NCBI RefSeq assembly: GCF_020745735.1
Contig: NC_083419.1
Span: 37,036,085-37,100,084, forward strand
Length of the DNA: 64,000 bases
Direction of reading: 5' to 3'
From: Hemiscyllium ocellatum
Lineage: Eukaryota
Of the stretch, positions 37,401 through 48,868 are shown in pieces. The notes under the pieces were generated by a model. That model was not told the origin of the DNA. It did no database searches and saw nothing but the letters and a program-made list of their open reading frames with translations. The first letter of the stretch is position 1, and each line of letters begins with the position of its first letter. Position numbers and translations under genes: made by a program.

Positions 37401-38258
37401 ATTAGGGCTCTTGAGAAGTCCTGAAAAAACATTATTCTTGAGCTTTTCTACATTAAAGCCTGTGAATCTCTTCCCAGCCTTCTTGCTGTTTCAATCACTA
37501 ACTGTTTTTCTTCATAATGCAGGTATCGCACTAGGACCGTACAGGGGTGCGGATTTGACCTGAAATGCGCATTGCGATCCAGCGGGCCTGGTCCACATTC
37601 AACAGGCCAAACTCCAACACCAGCCCCAGGAATTTCGGGAGCCACTTCTCTATGAAACCAACAAGGTTTTCGCCTTCCTCGCGTTCCAGAAGACTCATAA
37701 GCGTAAGTTTTTCTTCTATTTTTATTTTCCAGGTCGTCCACTTGCTCCTGAAGGACCCGAACCCAGTCTTCCAGCATTCGGATCCTTCTTCCCGAGACCT
37801 CTGCCACAGTCCTCTCCTCCGCTGCCTATTCTTCGGTCCAACATTTGAATTCCCTGCTGATGCTTTTTCAGCGTGGCACATAGTGGTTCCATGCTGCTTC
37901 AATCTTTTCTCGGAGTTTTCCAAATTCTGAGAGTAACTGTTGCTGCCCCATTAAATCCAATGGGGCCGCCCCAGGAGTTTGAGCAACAGCTGCAGGCACC
38001 CCCAATGCAGTATGGGAGTGCCCTGCCTGCTGCACTCTTTTAGGCCCCTTTCCTTTTTGCTTCCATCCTGGTCTTAAAGCTATTAAACCACAATTTTAAC
38101 AGCTCCAGATATTCAATAAGTTTATATTAGCAATTTTTTTCTCCTCGGGATGGTTGATGAGGCGGGGGAGTGGGGGGTGGTAAAGGTCCACCTTGCCAGG
38201 GATATGGCACAGAGCCCAGCACAGCAGACAACTCAGACCGCTGCCATCTTGGATCTCC
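34410..38258 (-). mobile_element. L1/Tx1-type LINE with both ends present but the RT domain deleted; inserted into an old CR1 3' end
   Basis: 5' end GGAGATCCAAGATGGC; ORF1 remnants 37250-38060 (LQEQVDDLENKNRR, GENLVGFIEKWLPKFLGL); ORF2 ATG at 36662 with NVKG...LQETHL endonuclease; C-terminal QLKILHR...CHKC zinc knuckle 34907-35257; AATAAA plus A tail at about 34410; imperfect TSD GCTATGAACCT / GCTAGGAACTT. Confidence 0.88.
35695..36006 (-). mobile_element. HE1-type V-SINE (tRNA-derived head, V domain, CR1/HER1-like tail) inside the L1
   Basis: GCACGGTGGCTCAGTGGTTAGCACTGCTGCCTCACAGC...GGTTTGATTCC...GGGTTTCCTCCAGGTGCTCCGGTTTC. Confidence 0.9.
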
Positions 38259-38392
38259 GCTAGGAACTTATTAAATAGCAATGAGTTTGAATGGCCAACT
38301 CCCACACCTAATTTGTATATTAATATTTTTGGGTGATGCAAGGAAACACTTATACACACAAAGGCTTTTGAAATGGTCTTCTACAAACCACA

Positions 38393-39975
38393 CAGAGTCA
38401 TAGAGATGTACAGCACGGAAACAGACCCTTCAGTCCAATTTGTCCATGCCGACCAGATATACCAACCCACTCTAGTCCCACCTGCCAGAACCTGGCCCAT
38501 ATCCCTCCAAACCCTCCCTATTCATATACCCATCCAAATGCCTTTTAAATGTTGCAATTGTACCAGCCTCCACCACTTCCTCTGGCAGCTCATTCCATAC
38601 ATGTACCACCTCTGTGTGAAAAAGTTGTCCCATAGGTCTCTTTTATATCTTTCCCCTCTGAGCCTAAACTTATGCTTTCTTGTTCTGGACTCACTCATCC
38701 CAGGGAAAAGACTTTGTCTATTTATCCTATCCATGCCCCTCATGATTTTATAAACCTCTATAAGGTCACCCCTCAACCTCTGATGCTCCAGGGAAAACAG
38801 CCCTAGCCTATTCAACATCTTCCTACAGCTCAAATCCTCCAACCCTGGAAAAATCCTTGTAAATCTTTTCTGAAGCCTTTCAAGTTTCACAACATCTTTG
38901 CGATAGGAAGGGGACCAGAACTGCATGCAATATTCCGACACTGGCTGAACCAATGTCCTGTACAGCTGCAACATGACCTCCCAACTCTAGTATTCAATAC
39001 TCTGACCAATAAAGGAACGCATACCAAACACTTTCTTCACTATCTTATCTACCTGTGACTTCACTTTCAAGGAGCTATGAGCCTGCACTCCAAGGTCTCT
39101 TTGTTTAGCAACACTCCCTCGAACATTATCATTAAGTGTGTAAGTCCTGTTAAGATTTGCTTTCGCAAAATGCAGCACCTCCCATTTATCTAAATTAAAC
39201 TCCATTGACACTTCTCAGTCCATTTGCCGATCTGATCAAGATCCCATTGTAATCTGAGGTAACCTTCTTCGCTGTCCACTACACCTCCAATTTTGGTGTC
39301 ATCTGCAAACTAACTAACTATATCTCTTACGCTCACTTCCAAATCATTTATATAAATGACAAAAAGTAGTGGACCTAGCACCAATCCTTGTGGCACTCCA
39401 CTGGGCACAGGCCTCCAATCTGAAAAACAATCCTCTACCACCACCTTCTGTCTTCTACCTTTCAGCCAATTCTGTAGCTAAATGGCTAGCTCTCCCTGTA
39501 TTCCATGAGATCTAACCCTGGTAAACAGTCTTCCATGACAAACCTTGTCCAATACCTTATTGAAGTCCACATAGATCACATCCTCTGCTCTGCCTCCATC
39601 AATCCTCTTAGTTACTTCTTCAAAAAGCTCAATCAAGTTAGTGAGACACGATTTCCCATGCACAAAGCTATGCTGACTATCCCTAATCAGTCCTTGCCTT
39701 TCCAAATATGTATTAATCCTGTCCTTCAGGATTCCCTCCAACACCTTGTCCACCACCAATGTCAGGCTCACTTGTCTATCATTCCTGGCTTTTCCTTACC
39801 ACCTTTCTTAAACAGTGGCACAATGTTAGTCGATCTTTACTATTCCAGCACCTCACCTGTGGCTATTGATGATACAAATATATCAGCGATGGGCCCAGCA
39901 ATCACTTCCCTAGCTTCCTACAGAATTCTAGGGTATACCTGATCAAGATCGCAGGGATTTATCCACCTTTCTGTG
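38393..39975 (-). mobile_element. CR1/HER1 LINE 3' half (RT to tail), same family as 18024-21048
   Basis: ORF fragments KSCLTNLIELFEEVT, DVIYVDFNK, EYCMQFWSP, RLRGDLIEVYKIMRG; tail at about 38393. Confidence 0.93.
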
Positions 39976-41419
39976 TAAGATGCATTGTTTTCATGGAGTA
40001 AATTCGACAGCAACCAAGGATATACACATATACTTGGAAATTCAGACGCTGAGATCTGAGTTACTCTGCTCCTCCACAGATTGGGCTGTAGTAGTATTTT
40101 GCTGAAACACTCAATATTGAAATTCGTATCGCATAAAAGTTGCAGTACTTAACAATGAAAAGCAAAATACTGCACAACTGAGGGATTTAAAATAAAAACA
40201 AATTGCTGGATAAACTCAGCAGGTCTGGCACCATCTGTGGAGAAGAACAGAGTCAATGTTTTAAGTCCCATGAAGAGACTCACGATGTGCGAGTTTCTCC
40301 AGTACTTTCTGTACTTACCTATTAGTTGCCCAATAAACAATGGAGGGAACATTAGGGCTGCTGAATTCATGTTTCAGTTCAGTGTTTGAGGGCATAATCA
40401 ATCATTCATAAATACTTAAAAATATCTTTAGCAATGAAAATTTAATTTTAAAAGTGTGGAGTTTTTGTTTCTTCAGAATTTAATTCCTGTTGTAAATTTC
40501 ATGTTTTTGTGTTGCTCTGTCATCTTTTTATTTGCATCCCATATTTAGTTCCCAATCTTTACTCTGAGTTCTGTGCATTATTTAAATCTTATTTATACTT
40601 GTAATGAGGAGTCATCAATCTCATTGGCTGTTCCTTTCCCTGCTCACACATACCACTGGTCAATGTCCCATGCCAAGTCTCTACTCAAAAGTCAACAAAA
40701 AAATTTCTGGACTGTCATGGCAGTAAATACCAAAGGTGTGAGAGCTTGCTGTAGATATTTTTAAACAACCTGGTCAGGCATATTATGATATAACTCTGAA
40801 GCAGATGAGGCTTGAACCAGAATCGTAGGGAGATTCCCACTCACCACAAGAATCCCTGATTCAAATTTCACCGTTTGCCACGATGAAACTGGAATCTATG
40901 TCCCTGAACGTTCAAAAGTGTTTCTAGATCACCACATTATCATACCTCCATTGTGATTTACTGGATACAAACTGGCTGCTTAATTGCCTAACAAATTACT
41001 ACAGTTTAAAAACATTTTAATAGGTGTCAAGTGTTTTGGGACATTCTTTGATGACAGCTGCCATATAAATTTTATAATGTATGTTAAGTATTACGATAAT
41101 TTATATTGAAATGTATTTTTTAATGTTGCTTTGATACTGACCACAAAATCTGGGGCACCACACGCAGGAGCTTGACAGTGCCAAAGGCTTTACCCCGTCC
41201 CAGGTTTCTGAGCCCATAGTTTCTTCATCACTAACACCTCCTGATCTCTTGCTGGAGTCCAGCTCCATAATCCATCAATGGTCTCCGCTCACCAGTTGCT
41301 GAAACGCACTCTTTCCTCCTGACTTACTCTGACAAAGCACCAATCTAATTTCTATTATATATATATATATAGAATGGATGTGTTTTTTTTGACTGCTGAT
41401 GGTTTCCTCTCCCTGCCTG

Positions 41420-41535
41420 AACCAGAGACCGCCCCGACTCTATGGAAACAGGAACGCTCACAGCCGGAAGTTGCCTTTCCCGGAAGCAGCCGCCGCGCTC
41501 TGGGGTCATGGAGGTCAGAGGTGAGAGGTCAGGAT
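41420..41535 (+). promoter_or_regulatory. CpG-island promoter of ERGIC2
   Basis: CpG-rich 41420-41740; GC box at 41428, tandem ETS CCGGAAG (41464, 41480), RGGTCA half-site array 41503-41531, YY1-like ACATGGCG at 41581; (TA)n at about 41356-41371. Confidence 0.75.
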
Positions 41536-41643
41536 GTGAACGCGCTCGGAGCCGGAGGCTGAGGAGCTGGGGAATGGCACACATGGCGACGACTGATAGG
41601 CTCCGCTGGTGAGAGAGTCCAGGGGAGGCAGCAAGCGGCACAG
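41500..41643 (+). other. ERGIC2: Probable non-coding first exon of ERGIC2 (start approximate)
   Basis: Only CpG island upstream of the first coding exon; donor CAG|GTACCG at 41643/41644 (alternative CTG|GTGAGA at 41608/41609). Confidence 0.55.
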
Positions 41644-43884
41644 GTACCGGGCACCGCTTTATCCGCACTTACCGCCGGCTTTGTCAACCGAGTACACTCC
41701 CGCTCACTCTCACTCTGCGAATGCCCACTTACCCGGAGTGAGCTGTGATGCTCAGTAAAATCCAGCCTAGTCTCAGGTTATCCTGGGGCAGGTTAGTACT
41801 GAGGTCGGAGCAGTTAATAGCCAAGACATAACGTTTAAGTCGACTTCCAGTTGCCATCGCTAGTTTTTAACCCTTGTTTCCCCGATGGTGCTGAGTCTTG
41901 ACAGTGCTTTCGTTTGCATGTGGGGGTCTTTGCTTCTGCAGTTTGAGCACCCATTTCTTACGTTCCCTGAAACCAGAATGTGATCACGTAATTCTTTCCT
42001 GTTAAATTTCCTTCATAAATGTTGTCGGTCAAAGGGGAAACGCAAATGTTGCATGCCGCTACCAGGCTCTTTTAAAAAATCTTTTTCCCATCTTAATATA
42101 CACTGGTGAAAATAGTTCCCCAAGCCATTCGTTGTCTCTCGTACTTTAGGGTTAAAATGAAATACCTCGGTTTTCTTCACTGGACACATTCATTCCAAAT
42201 ACTTTACTCCATTCGTTTTTTCAGTGTCAACCCATGACAATATTTGAACAATTCGGAGAAGTGATTGCCGATATATATAATCATTTTATTGCATTTGGTG
42301 CTTCCGTGAATATGTTCAATAACTTGGTGTTAAAATTGTACGTAGCCCTCACAAGTAACATTGGGTACGAGTCATGTCGCTAAGGTCTCTCTTTGAAGCC
42401 TTTCGTCCACCTGATCTTTCACTAAATGAAAAGATTGTGGAAAGGTGGTCATTTTGCTGTCTTGATGAATCAATGGACAAAACTGTTTCAGAGCTATTCA
42501 GACGTGAGTTTTCAAAGTATAGTAAGATTTGGTAGCAAAATAGAATGTTGTGGTATAAATTTGCTTTGTGGTGTGCCCAAATCACTGGTGATGTCAATGT
42601 ACAGAAAACTTGTTTAATAAATTAAATAATTCATTACATTGATATAGAGCATAAAAATGTGGCCTCTTTACTATAATAGAATTTCAATGTTTCACATAAG
42701 TCTTATACAAAATTTGACAACAAGCCATGTAAGGAGATTTGAGGATTATCAGAATGATCTCATCAAATTGACTTAATGGTCCAAATGGCTACATCTACTC
42801 CTTCATTTTATCATCTTATGGAGATATTTTGTCAGATGGTTGGTCAGAGGTTTTAAGGCGTGTCTTCAAGGAGCAGGAAAGTGCCATCAATACTATCAAA
42901 TGGCACTTACTGGACAATAACCTGCATACTAATTATTAGTTTCTCTTCTGCCACAGCTACTTAGCTCCTGAACTAAGTATTACATTAGTCCAAATGTGGG
43001 CAAAGGCTGAACTTGAAGTCAGATGAGAATTAAATTTTAGCTTAATTCCATTTTGAATAATATTTGGAAATCACTTTAAATAATCTGTGGCCTATGTGTG
43101 GTACAGTTCCCCCCAAACTATTAAGTGGTGAAGGTCTGACTCCATTAAGTTTCCTCAAAACTCTTTGCATTACATTGTAACACATTCTACATGTTTAGGG
43201 AAGTGCACTGTGCTCTTGTGCAGGCTATTCCTTCTCAGAATATTTTACTTAATTGTGCATGTCATTGCTTGACTGTATTACACCTCTACTTTATTACTCT
43301 ACAACAGTGATTGCACTTGACATCAAAATAGTATTTGACCTTGTTTGGCAACAATGAGCAGATTATAACCGCAGACAGGTGAAGAATGAAGAATTTCTCA
43401 AAGTTTGGAGTCATATCTGACATGAAGAAAGATTGCTATGATTGTGCAAGTGTTCCTCAGTGTAGTATCATATGTCCAAAGGTTTTGAGCTACTTCACTG
43501 TTAGTACGTGACATTTATGCCACAAAAATTCCAAGCCATGACCATTTCCAACAAGACAGAATCTAGCCATCCTCCATGGCATTCAATGGCTATATTTCTC
43601 CATTCTTAACATCCTATGGGTTACCATTGACCTGAAACTGAACTGCAGCAGTCATATAGTATTGGGGCTTTGAGATCAAGTTAGAGGCAACAAATCTTGT
43701 GCTGAGTAACTCATCTCCTGATATTCCAAAACCTGTCCACTATCCACAAGATACAAATCAGGAGTGTGATGCAAGTCTGACCATTTGGCTATATGATTGC
43801 AGCTCTGTCTGTATTCGAGAAGCTCAATGCCGTCAAGCATAAAGCAACCAGCTTGTTAAGCACTCTAGAAACCACCATAAGCAT

Positions 43885-44089
43885 AATCATGCCAGGTTAT
43901 AGTCAAACTGGTTTATTTGGAAGCACTAGCTTTCGGACCGCTGCTCCTTCAGGTGGTTATGAAATATACCACCTGATGAAGGACCAGCTCTCCTAAAGCT
44001 AGGGCTTCCAAATAAACCTGTTGGACTATAATCTGGTGTTGTGATTTTTAACTTTGTATACCTGAGTCCCAACACTAGCATCTCCAAAT
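43885..44089. mobile_element. Family B Penelope-type fold-back element
   Basis: Inverted arms around 43960 with decayed hammerhead cores; CATAAGCAT duplicated at 43876-43884 and 44090-44098. Confidence 0.8.
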
Positions 44090-44849
44090 CATAAGCATCA
44101 CTGACTCAGTGGAAGCAGTGTGTGCTTTTATAACCGTGCTCTTCAATATGTCGATCATGATCGACCGGTTAGTCACAGAATCTCTTACAGTTGATCTCTC
44201 TGCCTGCCCGCATTTCCACACCACACACATCGATCGCCATGTTTCCACATGAATTCCATGAAGTCTCTCAGATTGAGAAAAGTGCATGATTTTAACAGGC
44301 TTTGTCAGCTTGTTGCATCATGGTTCAGTTTAGCCCAGATGGATGACCATTGTAGGGTAAAATAACTTTTGTGGTTGAAATGCAAACAAATAAATAAGAA
44401 ATAAACTAGGAGCTGGTGTGTGAAGCCAGTATATTACAGTCACTATTCTGTCCAAGACATTTGTGCAAACTCTGCAAGAACAGCTTAGTAGCTCTGCTTC
44501 TCTGCTTGTTTTCTGTAGACCTGCAGTTTTTTTTTCAGCTGCTAATATAGTCAATCAATCCAAGATGGAGGAAAGTTACAGGAAACTCTGCCAATGCCCC
44601 ACATCCCGTACCTGACCAGAGGCCCGGAAACAGAGTAACTACAGATGTGACCTCCACATTGCAATACTTGAAAGCAGCCCAGCAACATTCTGGATGTTCC
44701 AGATGCATAGAGGGTGCAGCATGATCACTGATGGAGTGACATCATAAACTACAAGATGAAACAGTAAATGATGCATGATAAACCTGGACCATCTAAAAAG
44801 AATCCAAAAATGAATGGCTTGCACATGGAATAGAAAAATTAATTGCTGT

Positions 44850-45450
44850 TCACAACTAAAATACAACTATTGAAAAGTAAAAATGAGAATTTGGAATCAT
44901 GCCACAACGACCTTCTGTAAATTCAGGACTACTTTTCTCTTGGACCTTGTATTTTGGACAAAGAATATTGACAAACTGAAGGCCATTTTGAAAACTCAAC
45001 AGTTTTTATTTCTAAAGCAGTACCAAACGGTAAAGGCTGCACAGATGTTTCATTTTGTGTTTGCCATCTTCTTGCGAATCACCAGAAATCATTTACAGAT
45101 AACAGAGTACTGAAAAGGAAAGACTGCGGCTGCTGACTATTCAAATACTTTAAGAACAAAGATGACATAATAACAGCAACCCAGAGCACATCACTTGGTG
45201 TTTCCACAGCAGCAAGACAAGGTGGACTCTTTATCTGAAGACATCTTTCAGCAACGGAAGCAGGATCTAAAGGGCTGAATGCTTCTCATTTTAAGTTGCT
45301 AATATATCGACATGACCAACACAGCCAGCTGATAGTTTTGTGTATATGGTTTTTCAAGACTTAACTGAAGAGGATCTTGTCACCTGTTTGCCCTCTTAAT
45401 GAGATACCAAGAAGTGAGAATAACAACAAAGTCAAAAGGAACCTCATTGA
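44850..45450 (+). pseudogene. hAT (Charlie/SPIN/GTF2IRD2-like) transposase fossil
   Basis: Broken frames read SFCVCHLLANHQKSFTD, VSTAAR..VDSLSEDIFQQ, CFS..., DMTNTA, MVFQD, EEDLVTCLP; collinear with the Charlie-type KPFTxGE, TVxRRI, DESTD motifs. Confidence 0.65.
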
Positions 45451-45492
45451 GAATAACCTTCCATTCTACAAACTGGTTTCTGTCAAAGCCAA

Positions 45493-45582
45493 ATAGTGTG
45501 GCACTGGAAAAGCACAGCAGGTCAGATAGCATCTGAGGAGCAGGAGAATCAAAGTTTCGGGCATTAGGCCTTCATCAGGAAT
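45493..45582 (-). mobile_element. Family A Penelope-type terminal fragment
   Basis: Minus strand cattcCTGATGAaggcctaatgcccGAAActttgattctcctgctcc. Confidence 0.7.
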
Positions 45583-45844
45583 GTCACAGCTGAGGGTGCA
45601 CCAGCCATGCTTAGCATTAATACAAGCTTTGTTGCATTTTGCACTAATGATCCTGACTTCCCTCCTTTTGTCAATTACCACTGTATAATCCACCAGCAAA
45701 TAACATTATAAACTTTTCTCATGTAATGAAAGCTTCTTAAATTGTTAACTCGATTTGACCAAGAGACCTTCAACACCACCTGTTTAAACGCTTACTCAAC
45801 AAACCCAAACCTGTCTGGAAGACATTCTAGGAATTAATATCTGG

Positions 45845-46636
45845 CTGTGAGTTGGAGTCAGGATTTGGAAGTCCTGGGGGATGAGAAAGAGGCAGAGACT
45901 TTGCCACAATGTTGGGGGAAGCCAAGAGGCACTTTGGAAAATTACGTGGTCAATAATTCAGTGCAGCTGAGAGATTGATGTTTTAAAATGTCCAGAAGCA
46001 TTATTTGCTTCATACAATTTAGCAAGATTACAGCTAAGGAAAAAGCCCTGAGACTTGGTGAGGCCAGCTGTTGGTGAAAAGCTGGATTTGTGCCAGTGGT
46101 TAAGTACTGGAAAACAGTTCCTGAGTTGAGAGGAATGTGAATACAGGGCAGAAGAGTAATTGACTAGAACAGGAACAGAATGTTACCTGACCTGCTGTGC
46201 TTTCCAGTGCCACCCTTCTCGACACAGTCTTTCAGGCAGTCCATGACAGAACCACTTGTGAAAGTGGATTTCAAGGCCAGATCAGCAAAGTGTAGGATCT
46301 AATACATGTGAAGTTGAATGAGAATTGATAACTCATTGTATTATTAACTTGGAAATCTGTGGAATCTGTTTTGATCACATTTTCTATTTGTTGTGCAGTG
46401 TTCAGTCACAGAATACTAACCATGTTTACCACATTAATTAAAAGTAAACTGGACAGGTATTGTAAATTGTCTTACTGTTCTAGTTTGGAAAGTAAAGTTT
46501 ATTGTTCAAATCTGTAGTATCTTGCAGCTTAATTCTATTGTTTAATCCTCTAGATCTCATCTTTTTGTACTTTAATAATAAAGTTTACTAACCAGATTCT
46601 AGCATAAACTTAGGAGTTTAGTCTGGGATTGTAACA
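45845..46636 (+). mobile_element. Possible old solo LTR
   Basis: About 0.8 kb block ending ...gggattgTAACA with AATAAA shortly upstream; start uncertain. Similar candidates start at 49318 and end at 56404. Confidence 0.3.
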
Positions 46637-47763
46637 ATATTCTGGTTGTAAACCTGGAATAGAGGAGAGATGATAGAGTAGCTTCTATAGGTAACTTGTT
46701 GGTTGGATTGGTTTTGTGGAGTCATGGAGCTTTGATGAATCATGTGCCAAGCTGGAAGGCGTTATGGAAGGTGAACTAAGTGCAGTAGCAGTTTGAGGGA
46801 TACATCATTGCGAAACTTATTCTTGAACATGTTTTCACATGAATGAGGATCCAAGAGGTGTACAGCAGTGACAGAGCAATGAACAAAAGCAATGACAAAC
46901 CTCTTGATCACCATCAGATTTAGGGAGCTGTACTTTAGCCTCGGAATGTGAAAGTGTAAGCAGGAATCAAATTGCAACTAAACTTGTAGAACCAGTAACT
47001 GACAGATTCAGCATTTAATTGCACCACAGGATGTTGACTGATCCAAGTTACTTCAGACTTTAATCAACCGGACAATATCAGCCAGCCCCTTCTCTGGAGG
47101 TGTGTCTAATGCAGAAGGACAATCTTGAGGCCCAGAGAGTTCCGAGCATTTGGAAGTCAACATTGTGAAAATGCCCACTCCACATGAGCAAATAATTAAG
47201 CTGGTGCTTCACTTGCTATTAAACTAGACTAAAATGATAGACACTGCTAGAGCCAAGGGAGCTTAAACAGTGCAACAAAGGAGCAACAGATTCGGATATC
47301 TGTTGAGGGCCATTAATAAAGGTTCAAAGTAAAAGGCTCCTCAGAAGTTGACCAGCTGGAGCTATCCTGGGACACAAAATATGAAAATAACAAGTACAGG
47401 CAGTTCAGATCAACAAATGTCTGACTATATAAGGCAGGAAACCAGCAGCTTCAGGCTTCACCCTTTCAGCTTGAAACTCAGCAAGGCTTTGCCGAATCCC
47501 AGTTCTGCTTTCCCCTTCAATCCATTCTCTGTCGTCTAAGCATAGGTTAAAAATGAAAATGCTTTAGAGTTCCCCAGTCAATCTTTGTGCGCTCTCAGAC
47601 CAATACACAATGTGTGGTAGACCTTTGCAAGTAATTTCTGGTGATAGTGTTCTCATGTAACTGCTGCCTCGATGGTAGTGCTCATGGTTTTGGAAAGCGC
47701 TGTCTGAGGAGCCTTGGTGAACCACTGGAGTGCATTTTATAGATGGTAAACACTGCTATTACT

Positions 47764-48868
47764 CATGATTTGGAGATGTCGGTGTTGGACTGGGGTGTAC
47801 ACAGTTAAAAAATCACACAACACCAGGTTATAGTCCAACAAGTGTAATTGGAAGCACACTAGCTTTTGGAGCGACGCTCCATCAGGTGATTGTGGAGGGT
47901 TCGATCGTAACGCAGAATTTAGAGCAAAAATTTGCAGTATGATGTAACTGAAATTATACATTGAAAAATTGATTGTCTGTTAAGCCTTTCATCTGTTAGA
48001 ATACAGTCATAGTTTCACTTCTTTCATGTGTAACTCACAAAACCCTTCTTTTTAAAGTTGCATTCTCGGGTTAGCTGCTAACAATGGCGATAGCTAAACA
48101 ATATGTTGAAGGTGTTAGCCCCCTGTGTTCTCTGTCTATGACCTGATGTTTAGATTGATTCTAATTTAATAAGTGAGAGAACAATGTTTTACATAAATTC
48201 CTGCAGTTTTTGAGCTCAGAGTTCTACATGAATATTGGCAGTTTTTGAGCAAAGTGCAATGTAACTCTGCAATATTAATTCACCACACAAAATATATATG
48301 TGCATGTGGGTCTTTTTCTGTCTGTCTGTCTGTCTGTCTGTCTGGGGTGGGGGTTGTGAGTGTGAGAAAGTGTGCGTGTGTGTGTAGTGGGTGCAGAGTG
48401 TCTTAAGTCTGTGAGGGGCTGCATGTGTGAGCATGGGAGTGTGTGTGTCTGTACGGGTGTGTGTGGGTGTCTGTGTGCGCGTCTGTATGTACCTGTGTCC
48501 GTGTGTATGTGAGAGTGTGTATGTGTGTGTAGTGCAATGGTGATCACCTGTAATGTGACATGAACCCAAGGTCCCAGTTGAGGCCCTCCCTATGGGTACC
48601 AAACTTAGCTATCAGCCTCTGCTCGGCCACTTTCCTCTGCTGCCTGTCCCGAAGTCCACCTTGGAGGATGATCACCCGAAGGTCCGAGGCTGAATGTTCT
48701 GGACCACTGCAGTGTTCCCCAACTGGGAGGGAACCCTCCTGTCTGTTTGTTGTGCGGTGCCCATTCATCCGTTGTCATAGCCTTTGCTCAGTTTCCCCAA
48801 TGTACCATGCCTCCGGGCATCCTTGTCTGCAACATATAAGATAGACTATTGGTGTTGTGTGATTTTTA
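47764..48868 (-). mobile_element. Penelope-like element (Neptune-like), 3' end with GIY-YIG C-terminus, (GT)n/(TCTG)n-rich UTR and family B terminus; 12-bp TSD
   Basis: ORF 48544-48768 RMNGHR...LPVGEHCSGPEHSASDLRV...AEQRLIAKFGTHREGLN; ACTGCTATTACT at 47752-47763 and 48869-48880; short inverted terminus 48850-48868. Confidence 0.9.

Noticed and set aside
41345-41668. ORFs over the CpG island
   Set aside because: Expected from stop-poor GC-rich promoter DNA; no recognisable homology
48216-48602. His/Thr-rich proteins
   Set aside because: Translation of a degenerate (CA)n/(CAGA)n tract in a Penelope 3' UTR
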